Origin: Dehalococcoidia bacterium
GTDB taxonomy: Bacteria; Chloroflexota; Dehalococcoidia; Plut-88900
Reading direction: 5' to 3'
DNA length: 64,000 nt
NCBI GenBank assembly: GCA_965207225.1
Contig: CBDBLV010000005.1
Span: 1,056,001-1,120,000, forward strand
Part shown: positions 10,292 through 18,536 of the stretch, piece by piece
Layout: each line of letters opens with the position of its first letter
Numbering within the stretch: the stretch's first letter is position 1
Made by a program: the position numbers and the translations under genes
The notes under the pieces: generated by a model
What the model saw: the letters and a program-made list of their open reading frames with translations, nothing else
What the model was told of the DNA's origin: nothing
The model's database searches: none

Positions 10292-10968
10292 GAGACGCAA
10301 CCGACTCCGAATATCTCCTAACGTGCAAGACCGCAGAAGATTACCGAAGCAAGGGCTACGAGGTCCTGTTGGAAGCACCCTTAGACTTCATGCCGGGCTT
10401 CAGAGCCGACCTGCTTGTTCGGAAGGGTGATGAGGCCAGGGTCATAGAAGTAAAGTCTAGGCCGTCTCTAGCCGCCGACCCCAAGATAGGCGAGCTGGCA
10501 CGACTCATCGAATCGATGCCAGGATGGACCTTCGAGTTGGTCCTGGTGGGTGAACCGGAAAAGGTGGACACGCCCGAAGGCGCGCGTTCGTTTGAGAGCG
10601 AGAAGATAGTCCAGAGGATCACGGAAGCCGAGAAATCCCGCGAAGCCGGCTTGCCGGAGGCCGCTTTCCTGCTCGCATGGTCGGCCTCTGAAGCCGTTAT
10701 CAGAGTGTTGCTTGCAGCGCAAGGAGTTTCCAGTACCAGCATCACATCGCCCGGATACGTTCTCGACCAAGGGGTCTACCACGGGGTCATCTCAAGAGAC
10801 GACTATGACGCTTTGACCCGCATGCGAAAGTACAGAAACGCTATCGTTCATGGATTCGGCACGGACGACTTCGACGATGAGATGGTGACGGAGCTCATTG
10901 CAACCATAAGGCGCATCATGACGACTCCAGTCATTCGCGACGGCTCCAACGGTCCGACCTCTCCCTAA
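10285..10968 (+). CDS. PD-(D/E)xK (REase_AHJR-like) nuclease fused to HEPN-like domain
   Basis: KGYEV...ADLLVRK...IEVKS; C-terminal AWSASE helix and RNAIVH (Rx4H); overlaps RusA ORF end. Confidence 0.75.
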   Translation: MVRDATDSEYLLTCKTAEDYRSKGYEVLLEAPLDFMPGFRADLLVRKGDEARVIEVKSRPSLAADPKIGELARLIESMPGWTFELVLVGEPEKVDTPEGARSFESEKIVQRITEAEKSREAGLPEAAFLLAWSASEAVIRVLLAAQGVSSTSITSPGYVLDQGVYHGVISRDDYDALTRMRKYRNAIVHGFGTDDFDDEMVTELIATIRRIMTTPVIRDGSNGPTSP

Positions 10969-11016
10969 ACGGACTTCCTGTCCGCACTGGACAGCTTCAG
11001 TCCGTCAACGGCAGAT

Positions 11017-11048
11017 AGGGTGCACCGCACCGGTGCAACCCTTTGTTG
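11017..11048 (+). terminator. candidate intrinsic terminator after the RusA/REase-HEPN pair
   Basis: AGGGTGCACCG-cac-CGGTGCAACCCT stem followed by TTGTTG. Confidence 0.4.
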
Positions 11049-11109
11049 CGGAGCTTTGCGGGTCGAGGATTTGCCACTTGTCCGCCCCCCCACAGGGCAA
11101 GTTTGACCG

Positions 11110-12039
11110 ATGGTGAACGAGGCGATTGGAATTAGGCCCATGCATAAGAGAATCCTAGATGATCTCGCCCGACACGCTGCTGTTTTCTCTGGCATGTGGC
11201 GGCTCCTAGTTTCCCAAGTTCAAGACTTCGTTGCGGAATTTAGGAGGCTATCGTGGGAAGACTTCCGAAGGGGAGTCACTGTCAACTTTGTGATGACCCT
11301 ATTGATTCTGGGAATGCTCACATACTTCATTTGGGGGTTTGACTATATCGACAGGTTGTATGACAGCGTCGTGATGAACCTCCTTCCTGCGGTCCTTCCT
11401 CCTATGGTCTTCTACGAAGGAATGCGCCGAAAGCCCGGAGTCCAGCAATTCCAATGGCTGTATCTCGGGTTTGCAGTTTTTCTCGGGCTCGCGTTGATTC
11501 TGGCTGTTAGCGATACATATGACTTCCATGAGTTGGGATTCAACGTAGTTGTGGCAATGACCTCCTTCCCATGGCTGTTCATATTCGGAATGCTGGTGCG
11601 GGGAAAGAGGATATTGGCGATTGGCATGGCGCCGGCAGCGGCTTTGTTGATGGGATATTGGATCGAGCCCGCGATTTCGGGTGGCGCGGAGTTGCAATAC
11701 CTGTTGATTCCACTTCCTGCCGTGTCGATCCTGCTAGCGGCATGGACTTTCCTAGTGTGGATTCTATTCAAGGGAGTCGACAGGTGGCCGAAGCACAAGA
11801 CGCTCGGTCCACTTATGGAGAGCCTCGCAATGTTGTCCCTTTTCCTTCCCATAATGGTTCTGGCTATATGGGTTCCCAGGAGGATTCCTGGTGGCGAGGA
11901 TTGGTCCGTGGTGCTGGCTGCAATGGTCGGCGTTGTGTTCGGCAGTGTTATCTCAGAGCCACTAGGACGCTTCCTGCGGAGTTACGGGGACCTCCCATCG
12001 GCTCGCAAGGACCAAGACGATCGTCGGGACATCCCTTGA
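11110..12039 (+). CDS. multi-pass membrane protein of unknown function (paralogue of 339..1106); start uncertain
   Basis: About 8 TM segments; conserved C-terminal pattern shared with 339..1106. Confidence 0.75.
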   Translation: MVNEAIGIRPMHKRILDDLARHAAVFSGMWRLLVSQVQDFVAEFRRLSWEDFRRGVTVNFVMTLLILGMLTYFIWGFDYIDRLYDSVVMNLLPAVLPPMVFYEGMRRKPGVQQFQWLYLGFAVFLGLALILAVSDTYDFHELGFNVVVAMTSFPWLFIFGMLVRGKRILAIGMAPAAALLMGYWIEPAISGGAELQYLLIPLPAVSILLAAWTFLVWILFKGVDRWPKHKTLGPLMESLAMLSLFLPIMVLAIWVPRRIPGGEDWSVVLAAMVGVVFGSVISEPLGRFLRSYGDLPSARKDQDDRRDIP

Positions 12040-12103
12040 CATCGGTAGCCCACGTCCTTCATGATGTGGGTATGACCAGATATGACCGATAGGAAAGGGA
12101 AGT

Positions 12104-12307
12104 ATGCCCAGAAACAGAAAGGCCATCACCTTCTCACTACCGCCTGAGATGGACGAGCAAGTCAGGCGGTTTATTGAGGAGGAAGACCGCACCATGAGCG
12201 AGTTCCTGCGAGAGGCGATCCGCCTCTACATGGACGAACAGGAGTGGCTGCGGAGAGAGCGCCTTCAACGGGCCGAAGCCCGCAGGAACCAAAACAACGA
12301 GCAGTAG
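12104..12307 (+). CDS. ribbon-helix-helix (CopG-like) protein
   Basis: KAITFSLPPEMDEQV...RTMSEFLREAIRLY; 9 nt upstream of the recombinase. Confidence 0.85.
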   Translation: MPRNRKAITFSLPPEMDEQVRRFIEEEDRTMSEFLREAIRLYMDEQEWLRRERLQRAEARRNQNNEQ

Positions 12308-12316
12308 GAGGACGAC

Positions 12317-13939
12317 ATGGAGAAGAAGCATCTACAGCCCCTCACGCCAGCAGCCCTTTACGCCAGGGTGTCCAGCGACCGCCAGGACGTGGACCTGTCC
12401 GTGGCCGCCCAGCTCAGGGCGCTCAAGGAGTACGCCAAGGCCAACGGCTACTCCGTGGCAAGGGAGTACGTTGACGAGGCAGAGAGCGGAAGGGTAGCCG
12501 ACCGGCCGCAGTTCAGGGAGATGATCGCCGAGGGCTCCAAGCCCAAGGCTTCTTTTGAGGTCATCTTGGTCTGGAAATTCAGTAGGTTCACCCGCAAGCG
12601 GGAGCACGCCGTGGCCTTCAAAGCCCAGCTGCGGCGCAAGGGCATCCGGGTGGTGTCCATCACCGAGCAGGCCGAGGACAACGCCACCGGCAGGCTGCTG
12701 GAGGGCATCATCGAGAGCGTGGACGAATACTACAGCGAGAATTTAGCGCAGGAGGTCGTCCGGGGTATGAGGGAGGCCGCGTCGAGAGGCTTCTTCCTCG
12801 GCTCCAAGGCCCCCTTCGGCTACCGGAAGATCAAGGTGCAGGACGGGGCGAAGGAGCGCCCCACCCTGGAGGTGGACCCGGCCACGGCCCCCGTGGTGAA
12901 GGAGATATTCGAGAAGTCGCTCCAGGGCCACGGCCTGAAGGAGCTGTGCAGGGAGCTGAACGAGCGGGGCGTCACCAACAGGGGGAAGCGCTGGTACAAG
13001 GGCGGACTCCACTACGTGCTGCGGAACGAGGCGTACACCGGAACGGCCGTGTGGGGAGTCAAGGGCAAGAACGAGAAGTCCCAGGACCCTGTGAGGGTCG
13101 AGGGAGCGTGGCCCGCGCTGGTGTCCAGGGAACTGTTCGACGAGGTCCAGCAGGCGATGAGCGAGCGAGCGCCGAAGGTGCAGAGGCCCGCCAGGGTGGG
13201 CAGCCCGTATCTGCTGAGCGGTCTGCTCAAGTGCGGTGTCTGCGGCAGGCCCTACTCGGCCCAGGGAGCCAAGAGCGGCCAGTTCGCCTACTACATCTGT
13301 GGAACCCTGTTCCGGGAGGGAGCGGGGACGTGCAGTGCCCGCTACCTGAACGCTTCCAGGGTGGAGGAGTTCGTGGTGGAGAAGATCAGGGAGCGCATCC
13401 TCACAGAGGAGACCATCGTGGAGCTGATGCAGCTTGTGGCGGAGGAGATCGACGCGATGGCCGGTGAGCTTGCAGGGAGGCTGGAGTCTGTGGAAGCGGA
13501 GCTGTCCGACGTGCAGAGGCGTCTGGGGAAGCTCTACGAGGCCATCGAGACGAGCGACCTGACGCTGGAGGTGCTGTCGCCCCGCATCATGTCCCTGCGG
13601 CACCGTGAGGAGCAGTTGGAGGCTGCGCGGGAGGACGCAGAGACCCGGCTGGAGCAGCGCAGGGTTGCCCTTCCCGACACCGAGGAGATCGCCCGGTACG
13701 TGGCGGACTTCCGGGAGTTCCTGAAGGAGGGGACGATACCGGAGAAGAAGGCGCTCATCCGCAACTTCGTTGAGGGCGTCGAGGTGGCGGGAGACGAGGC
13801 GACGCTGACGTACACGGTCCCCATGCCGAGCGACGGGGTGACCAGAGAGTCAGCGTCGGTTCTTGATTTCGTCCAGTCCGGCCCACCAACGTGCATGGTA
13901 GACAGAACTGTCTTTGAGCTTTGGCTCGGCGGACTGTGA
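12317..13939 (+). CDS. large serine recombinase (resolvase + recombinase + Zn-ribbon + coiled coil)
   Basis: YARVSS catalytic motif, DEAESG, RPQF, SRFTR, APFGY, LLSGLLKCGVCG...YYIC...C; AGGAGG RBS. Confidence 0.95.
   Translation: MEKKHLQPLTPAALYARVSSDRQDVDLSVAAQLRALKEYAKANGYSVAREYVDEAESGRVADRPQFREMIAEGSKPKASFEVILVWKFSRFTRKREHAVAFKAQLRRKGIRVVSITEQAEDNATGRLLEGIIESVDEYYSENLAQEVVRGMREAASRGFFLGSKAPFGYRKIKVQDGAKERPTLEVDPATAPVVKEIFEKSLQGHGLKELCRELNERGVTNRGKRWYKGGLHYVLRNEAYTGTAVWGVKGKNEKSQDPVRVEGAWPALVSRELFDEVQQAMSERAPKVQRPARVGSPYLLSGLLKCGVCGRPYSAQGAKSGQFAYYICGTLFREGAGTCSARYLNASRVEEFVVEKIRERILTEETIVELMQLVAEEIDAMAGELAGRLESVEAELSDVQRRLGKLYEAIETSDLTLEVLSPRIMSLRHREEQLEAAREDAETRLEQRRVALPDTEEIARYVADFREFLKEGTIPEKKALIRNFVEGVEVAGDEATLTYTVPMPSDGVTRESASVLDFVQSGPPTCMVDRTVFELWLGGL
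13859..13908. other. candidate recombinase attachment site within the 3' end of the recombinase gene
   Basis: 50-bp imperfect inverted repeat GTTCT...GCCCACCA...AGAAC; same register as a second site starting at 16836. Confidence 0.45.
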
Positions 13940-14114
13940 GCCAACCACTGTCAGAGCTTTGTGGGATGTGAAGTCGCCCTCTTTCCGTACCAATACTGAT
14001 GCCAGTTTTGCGGGTTGAGACTCCTTGGCGCAGTCCGCTCGCGACTTCAGATGCACTACTACCGCTGCCTATCAAGCGTCAAACACAAGTCCATTCCGAC
14101 CTGCTGGTCAACAG

Positions 14115-14918
14115 TCATTGCCTGTCGGCGAAAGGTGAGCCAGTGATGAGCCCGTGGCTGCGCCGGGTGGCCCCGTCACCGAAGTGAGCGGTTATCACAT
14201 AGAGGTGCATCTCAACCTCGGAGGCGAGCAGGTTATGGGTGTTGTCGTCCACTTCCTGCTGCGTCAGCCGGTCGGTTGCACTCTGCGGGTTGTCTGAATG
14301 CGCCTCGGTCTTGCTGCCTGGGATCCTTAGAGCCTGGACCTGGACGTTATGTTTGCGTCCGGGCGCCAACAGGGAACCGGTCCAGGACGTAGACATCCAG
14401 TCGTCGTCCAACTGCTCTATCGACGTCGGTGCGCCCGAAGGGTTCTCGCGGACATTGGAGATGCCGTTGCAGAACCAGGCCCATCGGGTCACCACCCCCG
14501 CGCTGTCCCTTTCAACCCCCCAGGGTCTGCAGCTGTTCACATCCGGTGCAGCGTAATCCCAGTCATTCACAGCGGTGCCGTCGGCCTCGAGCTGGAAGTT
14601 GTGGCGGTACATGAACCGGAGCCTCTGGATGGTGTAGCGTTCCACGTTGCTCTGCCGGTTGGCCCACTCACTCCAGTTGATATGGTATGTCCCGTCAGCC
14701 ATGGTGGTGGTGACCGAGAAGGAATTTTTGGTGCAGAGTACCGCCCGCCCGGCGGCCAATTCCTCTTTGCACTCCTCCAAGGTCGCCGGGCTATCGTTGG
14801 CTTGGCCCTGCGCCAACTGTGGCGACAGAGCGAACAGGGCGGCAGCGGCAACTACCGCAGCAATAAGCAATGCCGGGATTGAGCGGGTGTTCCAAATAAG
14901 CAATCCAATGAGATGCAT
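14115..14918 (-). CDS. secreted hypothetical protein
   Basis: ATG 14918 with AGGAGG RBS; signal-peptide-like LLIAAVVAAAALFALSPQLAQG; four Cys. Confidence 0.7.
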   Translation of the reverse strand: MHLIGLLIWNTRSIPALLIAAVVAAAALFALSPQLAQGQANDSPATLEECKEELAAGRAVLCTKNSFSVTTTMADGTYHINWSEWANRQSNVERYTIQRLRFMYRHNFQLEADGTAVNDWDYAAPDVNSCRPWGVERDSAGVVTRWAWFCNGISNVRENPSGAPTSIEQLDDDWMSTSWTGSLLAPGRKHNVQVQALRIPGSKTEAHSDNPQSATDRLTQQEVDDNTHNLLASEVEMHLYVITAHFGDGATRRSHGLITGSPFADRQ

Positions 14919-15134
14919 GTTGTCGTACCTCCTATACAACAGTTGAATTTGATAACATTTGAATATCGAATGAGCCTTCCCAGTGGCGAGCCACGGTGAT
15001 GCTTGAGGTCCAGAGGAACTGATCCCCTCGCTCATTCCTGGTGACCGCCGCTGCGATAGTAGCTTGTGCACTTAGACAAGTCTGTGCTTTGCAGTCTTTT
15101 TGACACACCAAAGCTGAAATGTGCGTGCTGATCG

Positions 15135-16460
15135 ATGGTGAGTAAGAGCATCCAGCGGGCGAGGGCGGCCCAGGTAGGCCTCTTGATGAGGTATTACCGC
15201 GAGTCTTTTTCATCCAGAGGCGGCCGGCGAGGGTTGACTCAGGAAGCCCTGCTGGAGCGAATGGGGTCGGTGGACAGTGACTACGCTGAGCGGTACAGCC
15301 ACGCCACGGTGTCGCGGTGGGAATCCGGCGACACCCGGCCCACTCTTCAGCGGCTGAGAGTCTTCGGCAAGGCCCTTAATCTGTCGCAGACGGAGATGGC
15401 CGGTCTCGTGTTGCTGGCAGGGCTGGCTGCTGACTTTCAGACAGCGTTGGGCCACGTCACCGGTCGTCGTGCCGGAACTGTGCACCCTGGAGCGGTGCCG
15501 GAGTCGAGACCGGCCCCAGGCGTCGTGCGCGACACCGGAACGTTACCGTCAGGAAACACTCGGTCAACGCTGGAGGACGCAGCTCATTTTGGGCTTCGGA
15601 GGGTTCTTCCGCTGGGGCTGTGCATCGTCGGCGGGTATGCGCTCTTCTTGTTCGGCTGGAACAACAGTTGGATGCCCACAGCCTACATCGCATTCACCAT
15701 GGGGATCGTTCTGGCGCAAGGGTTCTTGTTCAGAGACCGCGAAGCTGGCCTACGGGAGTTCTTCTGGGTTTCGCTGTTTTTCCTGTTGACCACCCCACTG
15801 CTTCAGTTTGCCCGGATACACACAGACCATTACGGCTTCTATGCGATCGGGAGCCTCGCCGGCACACAGGTGCCCTACATGCTGGCCCTGCTCCTTAACC
15901 TTTTGATCGCGTCCACTGCCGGACTGGCGTTTCAGTTACTATGGAAGCGTCAATATTCAGGCGCCAGCGACGGTACCAGCGCCCTCCGCCGAGCGGCCTT
16001 CGTAGTGCTGCCGCCGGTGATTTTCGCGTACGTCACGGTGGTCGTGATCACCAATATTTCGGTATCCGTACACTTGACGGCCCTGCTGCCGGTATTGGGC
16101 GTTGCCTTCGCCGCGCTCTTGGTCCTTCGGGACCCGGCGTTCAACCCCAACGAGCGAGATCGGTTGTTCCTGCTCTCTACAACGTCAGTCCTGGCGATGA
16201 TCTCGGGAGTCTTGGGGATAGGCATCATTCTGGCGATATACCTATCGCCGGACCTGCCCGGCGTTCTGCCGGACCACAATCTACTGTGGTCCTGGGAAAT
16301 CAACCTCGCAGGGCTGGGATTTTCCCGGGAAGAGGCGCTGGACCGCCTGAACGTAGGTTACGTGTGGCACACGATATGCGTCTTCGGCTATATGTTCTTT
16401 CTAGTCTTCGGCAGGCTGATCGTGTCCCTCTATCGCATTGACGGCGGTCGAAGACGATAA
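15135..16460 (+). CDS. XRE-family HTH fused to multi-pass membrane domain
   Basis: LTQEALLE...SHATVSRWESGDTRP...LNL HTH; about 8 hydrophobic segments C-terminally. Confidence 0.8.
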   Translation: MVSKSIQRARAAQVGLLMRYYRESFSSRGGRRGLTQEALLERMGSVDSDYAERYSHATVSRWESGDTRPTLQRLRVFGKALNLSQTEMAGLVLLAGLAADFQTALGHVTGRRAGTVHPGAVPESRPAPGVVRDTGTLPSGNTRSTLEDAAHFGLRRVLPLGLCIVGGYALFLFGWNNSWMPTAYIAFTMGIVLAQGFLFRDREAGLREFFWVSLFFLLTTPLLQFARIHTDHYGFYAIGSLAGTQVPYMLALLLNLLIASTAGLAFQLLWKRQYSGASDGTSALRRAAFVVLPPVIFAYVTVVVITNISVSVHLTALLPVLGVAFAALLVLRDPAFNPNERDRLFLLSTTSVLAMISGVLGIGIILAIYLSPDLPGVLPDHNLLWSWEINLAGLGFSREEALDRLNVGYVWHTICVFGYMFFLVFGRLIVSLYRIDGGRRR

Positions 16461-16584
16461 GGTCCACGACGGTCGGAAAAGGGACCTGACTGCGATATGA
16501 AATAGCTTTGACCCCCACGACTGCCACTCCAACAGTCCCTCGTAAGTTGCTGCCCCCACCGCCGGCGGCAAACGGGGCTCATGC

Positions 16585-16660
16585 GGGTGGTTAGCTCAGC
16601 TGGCTAGAGCATCTGCTTTACACGCAGGGGGTCGGAAGTTAGAGCCCTCTAAGCCCACCA
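16585..16660 (+). pseudogene. degenerate tRNA-Val(TAC)
   Basis: D arm and anticodon arm are normal (TCTGC-TTTACAC-GCAGG), ends ACCA; T loop reads TTAGAGC, T stem mismatched, acceptor 3' strand one nt short and mispaired. Confidence 0.75.
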
Positions 16661-16970
16661 CCTTGGACTCGAAGTAACGAGGGCGCCTTCACACTGTAGG
16701 ATGTCCACCTAGAACCCCACCTCCCAGCGAGAAGTTCGCAGTTCAGTACGGCACGGCTCACCATGAGGGACTTGAACTCACCTGCAGCAATTATGGATTT
16801 GCCACTAAATTGCAAGGGCGAACTCCAATGAAAAGGTTCTGTCTTTTATACGGTCGGGGTCGCCACTTCTTTCATTTACACAACCGCTTTATGTCCGCGG
16901 ACGAGGCAAGGGACAAACCGGGCCTTCAGCGCTTATTCGCAGGTCGTCCTACACCAGGGCCTGTCAACGT

Positions 16971-17906
16971 CTAAATTGCCAGGGCAGTTTCTCTCACCAA
17001 AGGCAGGACCTCACGAGCGAACTGCTCGTACTGCTCCATAGCGCGTTCGGGCGGGACTGCTGCGTTGAGCACGAGGTGCGTGGCGCCTGCATCCAGATAC
17101 TCCCGTATCGCTTCAACGCAGTCTTCCGCGTGGCCCGACACGTTTGCCTGCCCCCGGATGGTGGGCCTATCAGTCTTCCAGCGATTTGACTCCGCTTCAA
17201 GGGTCTTCCATGCCCGCTCCCGGTTGTCGTCCAGGCAGAACCAGAGGATGGCGGCAAACTCGATGGCATCCGGGTCACGGCCTGCTTGCTCGGTGCAGGC
17301 CCGCACTTTCTCCCGCACTTCTGCGTATCGGGAGGCCGGTACGGAGGATGGCATGAATCCGTCGCCCAGCTTTCCCGTTCTCCTGAGCGTCGCTTCCACA
17401 AACCTGTCTTTCCACAGCGGGCCCAGCCATATGGGAGGGTGGGGTCTCTGGATAGATATGGGGCCTACGTTTACGTCTCCCAAGTGATGAAATTCTCCCT
17501 GGTAGGTCACCGATTCGCCTGAAAGCAGTCGACGCAGCAAAGCCAGCTTCTCGTCTGTCATCCTCCCACGTTGGTGGATATCGAGGCCCAAGGCGTCGAA
17601 TTCTCTCTTGTTGCTCCCGACGCCGAGCCCCAAAATCAGTCGCCCTTTCGATAGTGCATCCACGGTAGCTGCCGACTTGGCAAAAAGGACCGGGTGACGG
17701 AAGGGCAATACCATTACCGCAGTGCCGAGGGTAATCCGCTCAGTTTCCTGGGATGCGGCGGCCAGCAGGGCCATCGAGTCGGGATGAGGGCCAAGAACGA
17801 AGTCGGTGTTCCAGAAGGAGTCGTATCCTGCGGCCTCGGCGCTTACGGCGAACTGTACCGCCCTGAGAGGGTCAACGAAGTGGGAGTTCATCACGCCGAA
17901 TTTCAT
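16971..17906 (-). CDS. LLM class flavin-dependent oxidoreductase
   Basis: MKFGV...AEAAGYDSFW...ITLGTAVMVLPFRHP...DALSKGRLILGLGVG...QRPHPPIWLG. Confidence 0.92.
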   Translation of the reverse strand: MKFGVMNSHFVDPLRAVQFAVSAEAAGYDSFWNTDFVLGPHPDSMALLAAASQETERITLGTAVMVLPFRHPVLFAKSAATVDALSKGRLILGLGVGSNKREFDALGLDIHQRGRMTDEKLALLRRLLSGESVTYQGEFHHLGDVNVGPISIQRPHPPIWLGPLWKDRFVEATLRRTGKLGDGFMPSSVPASRYAEVREKVRACTEQAGRDPDAIEFAAILWFCLDDNRERAWKTLEAESNRWKTDRPTIRGQANVSGHAEDCVEAIREYLDAGATHLVLNAAVPPERAMEQYEQFAREVLPLVRETALAI

Positions 17907-18035
17907 GTCGTTGGTCCGTTGCCAAGTGTGAGAAGATAGCGCCTGGCAGCAAGGTACGCGGTGCGACGCAATACTATCAAATTGACAGTGCGGCCAAGCC
18001 AGAGCGTCGGGTAGCTGGAGGGAGGAAAGCCATAA

Positions 18036-18377
18036 ATGGGCATTTATCGACTGTATACGGGGGAAGACGGCCAGTCCCATATTGCGTCCATAAGCCTATC
18101 GGAGGCGCCTGCCTGGACCCAGGGTGTAGAGGCTACGAAGATCAGTTTCCAGGTGCAGCCTGCGGGCAACTACCTGGACTGGCATCCTGCGCCAAGACGG
18201 CAGTTCGTGATCATTTTATCCGGGCGGCTGGAGATCGGGTTAGGGGACGGGAGCAAGCACGTCTTTGGACCCGGCGACGCCCGCCTGGTAGAAGACACCA
18301 CGGGCCAAGGGCACACGACGGGGGTGTACGGCGATGAGCCGTGTGTCACGGCGACTATTCCACTCAAGCAGCAATAA
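18036..18377 (+). CDS. cupin-fold protein
   Basis: DWHPAPRRQFVIILSG...GPGD...EDTTGQGH. Confidence 0.85.
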   Translation: MGIYRLYTGEDGQSHIASISLSEAPAWTQGVEATKISFQVQPAGNYLDWHPAPRRQFVIILSGRLEIGLGDGSKHVFGPGDARLVEDTTGQGHTTGVYGDEPCVTATIPLKQQ

Positions 18378-18536
18378 GGGTGCAGGCCCTGAAGGGGAAG
18401 CGTCTGCAGGAAGTGTTGTATTGACCTCAACACGGAGGGCGGTGGCACCGACTAACCGGCGCCGCCGCCCTCATTTGCTTACCGCTTATCAACAACTGCA
18501 AATCGTTTCAAAGCAGCTTATTCAGCTGGGGTTCCT

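Noticed and set aside
298-12100. Integron-like cassette array with attC sites between cargo genes
   Set aside because: Cargo genes are on mixed strands, intergenic hairpins share no RYYYAAC/GTTRRRY boxes, and no tyrosine integrase is present
6489-13939. Prophage or conjugative ICE
   Set aside because: No capsid, terminase, tail, VirB4, coupling protein or HUH relaxase genes recognisable within the window
16585-16660. Functional tRNA-Val
   Set aside because: T loop, T stem and acceptor stem are all defective; listed as a pseudogene
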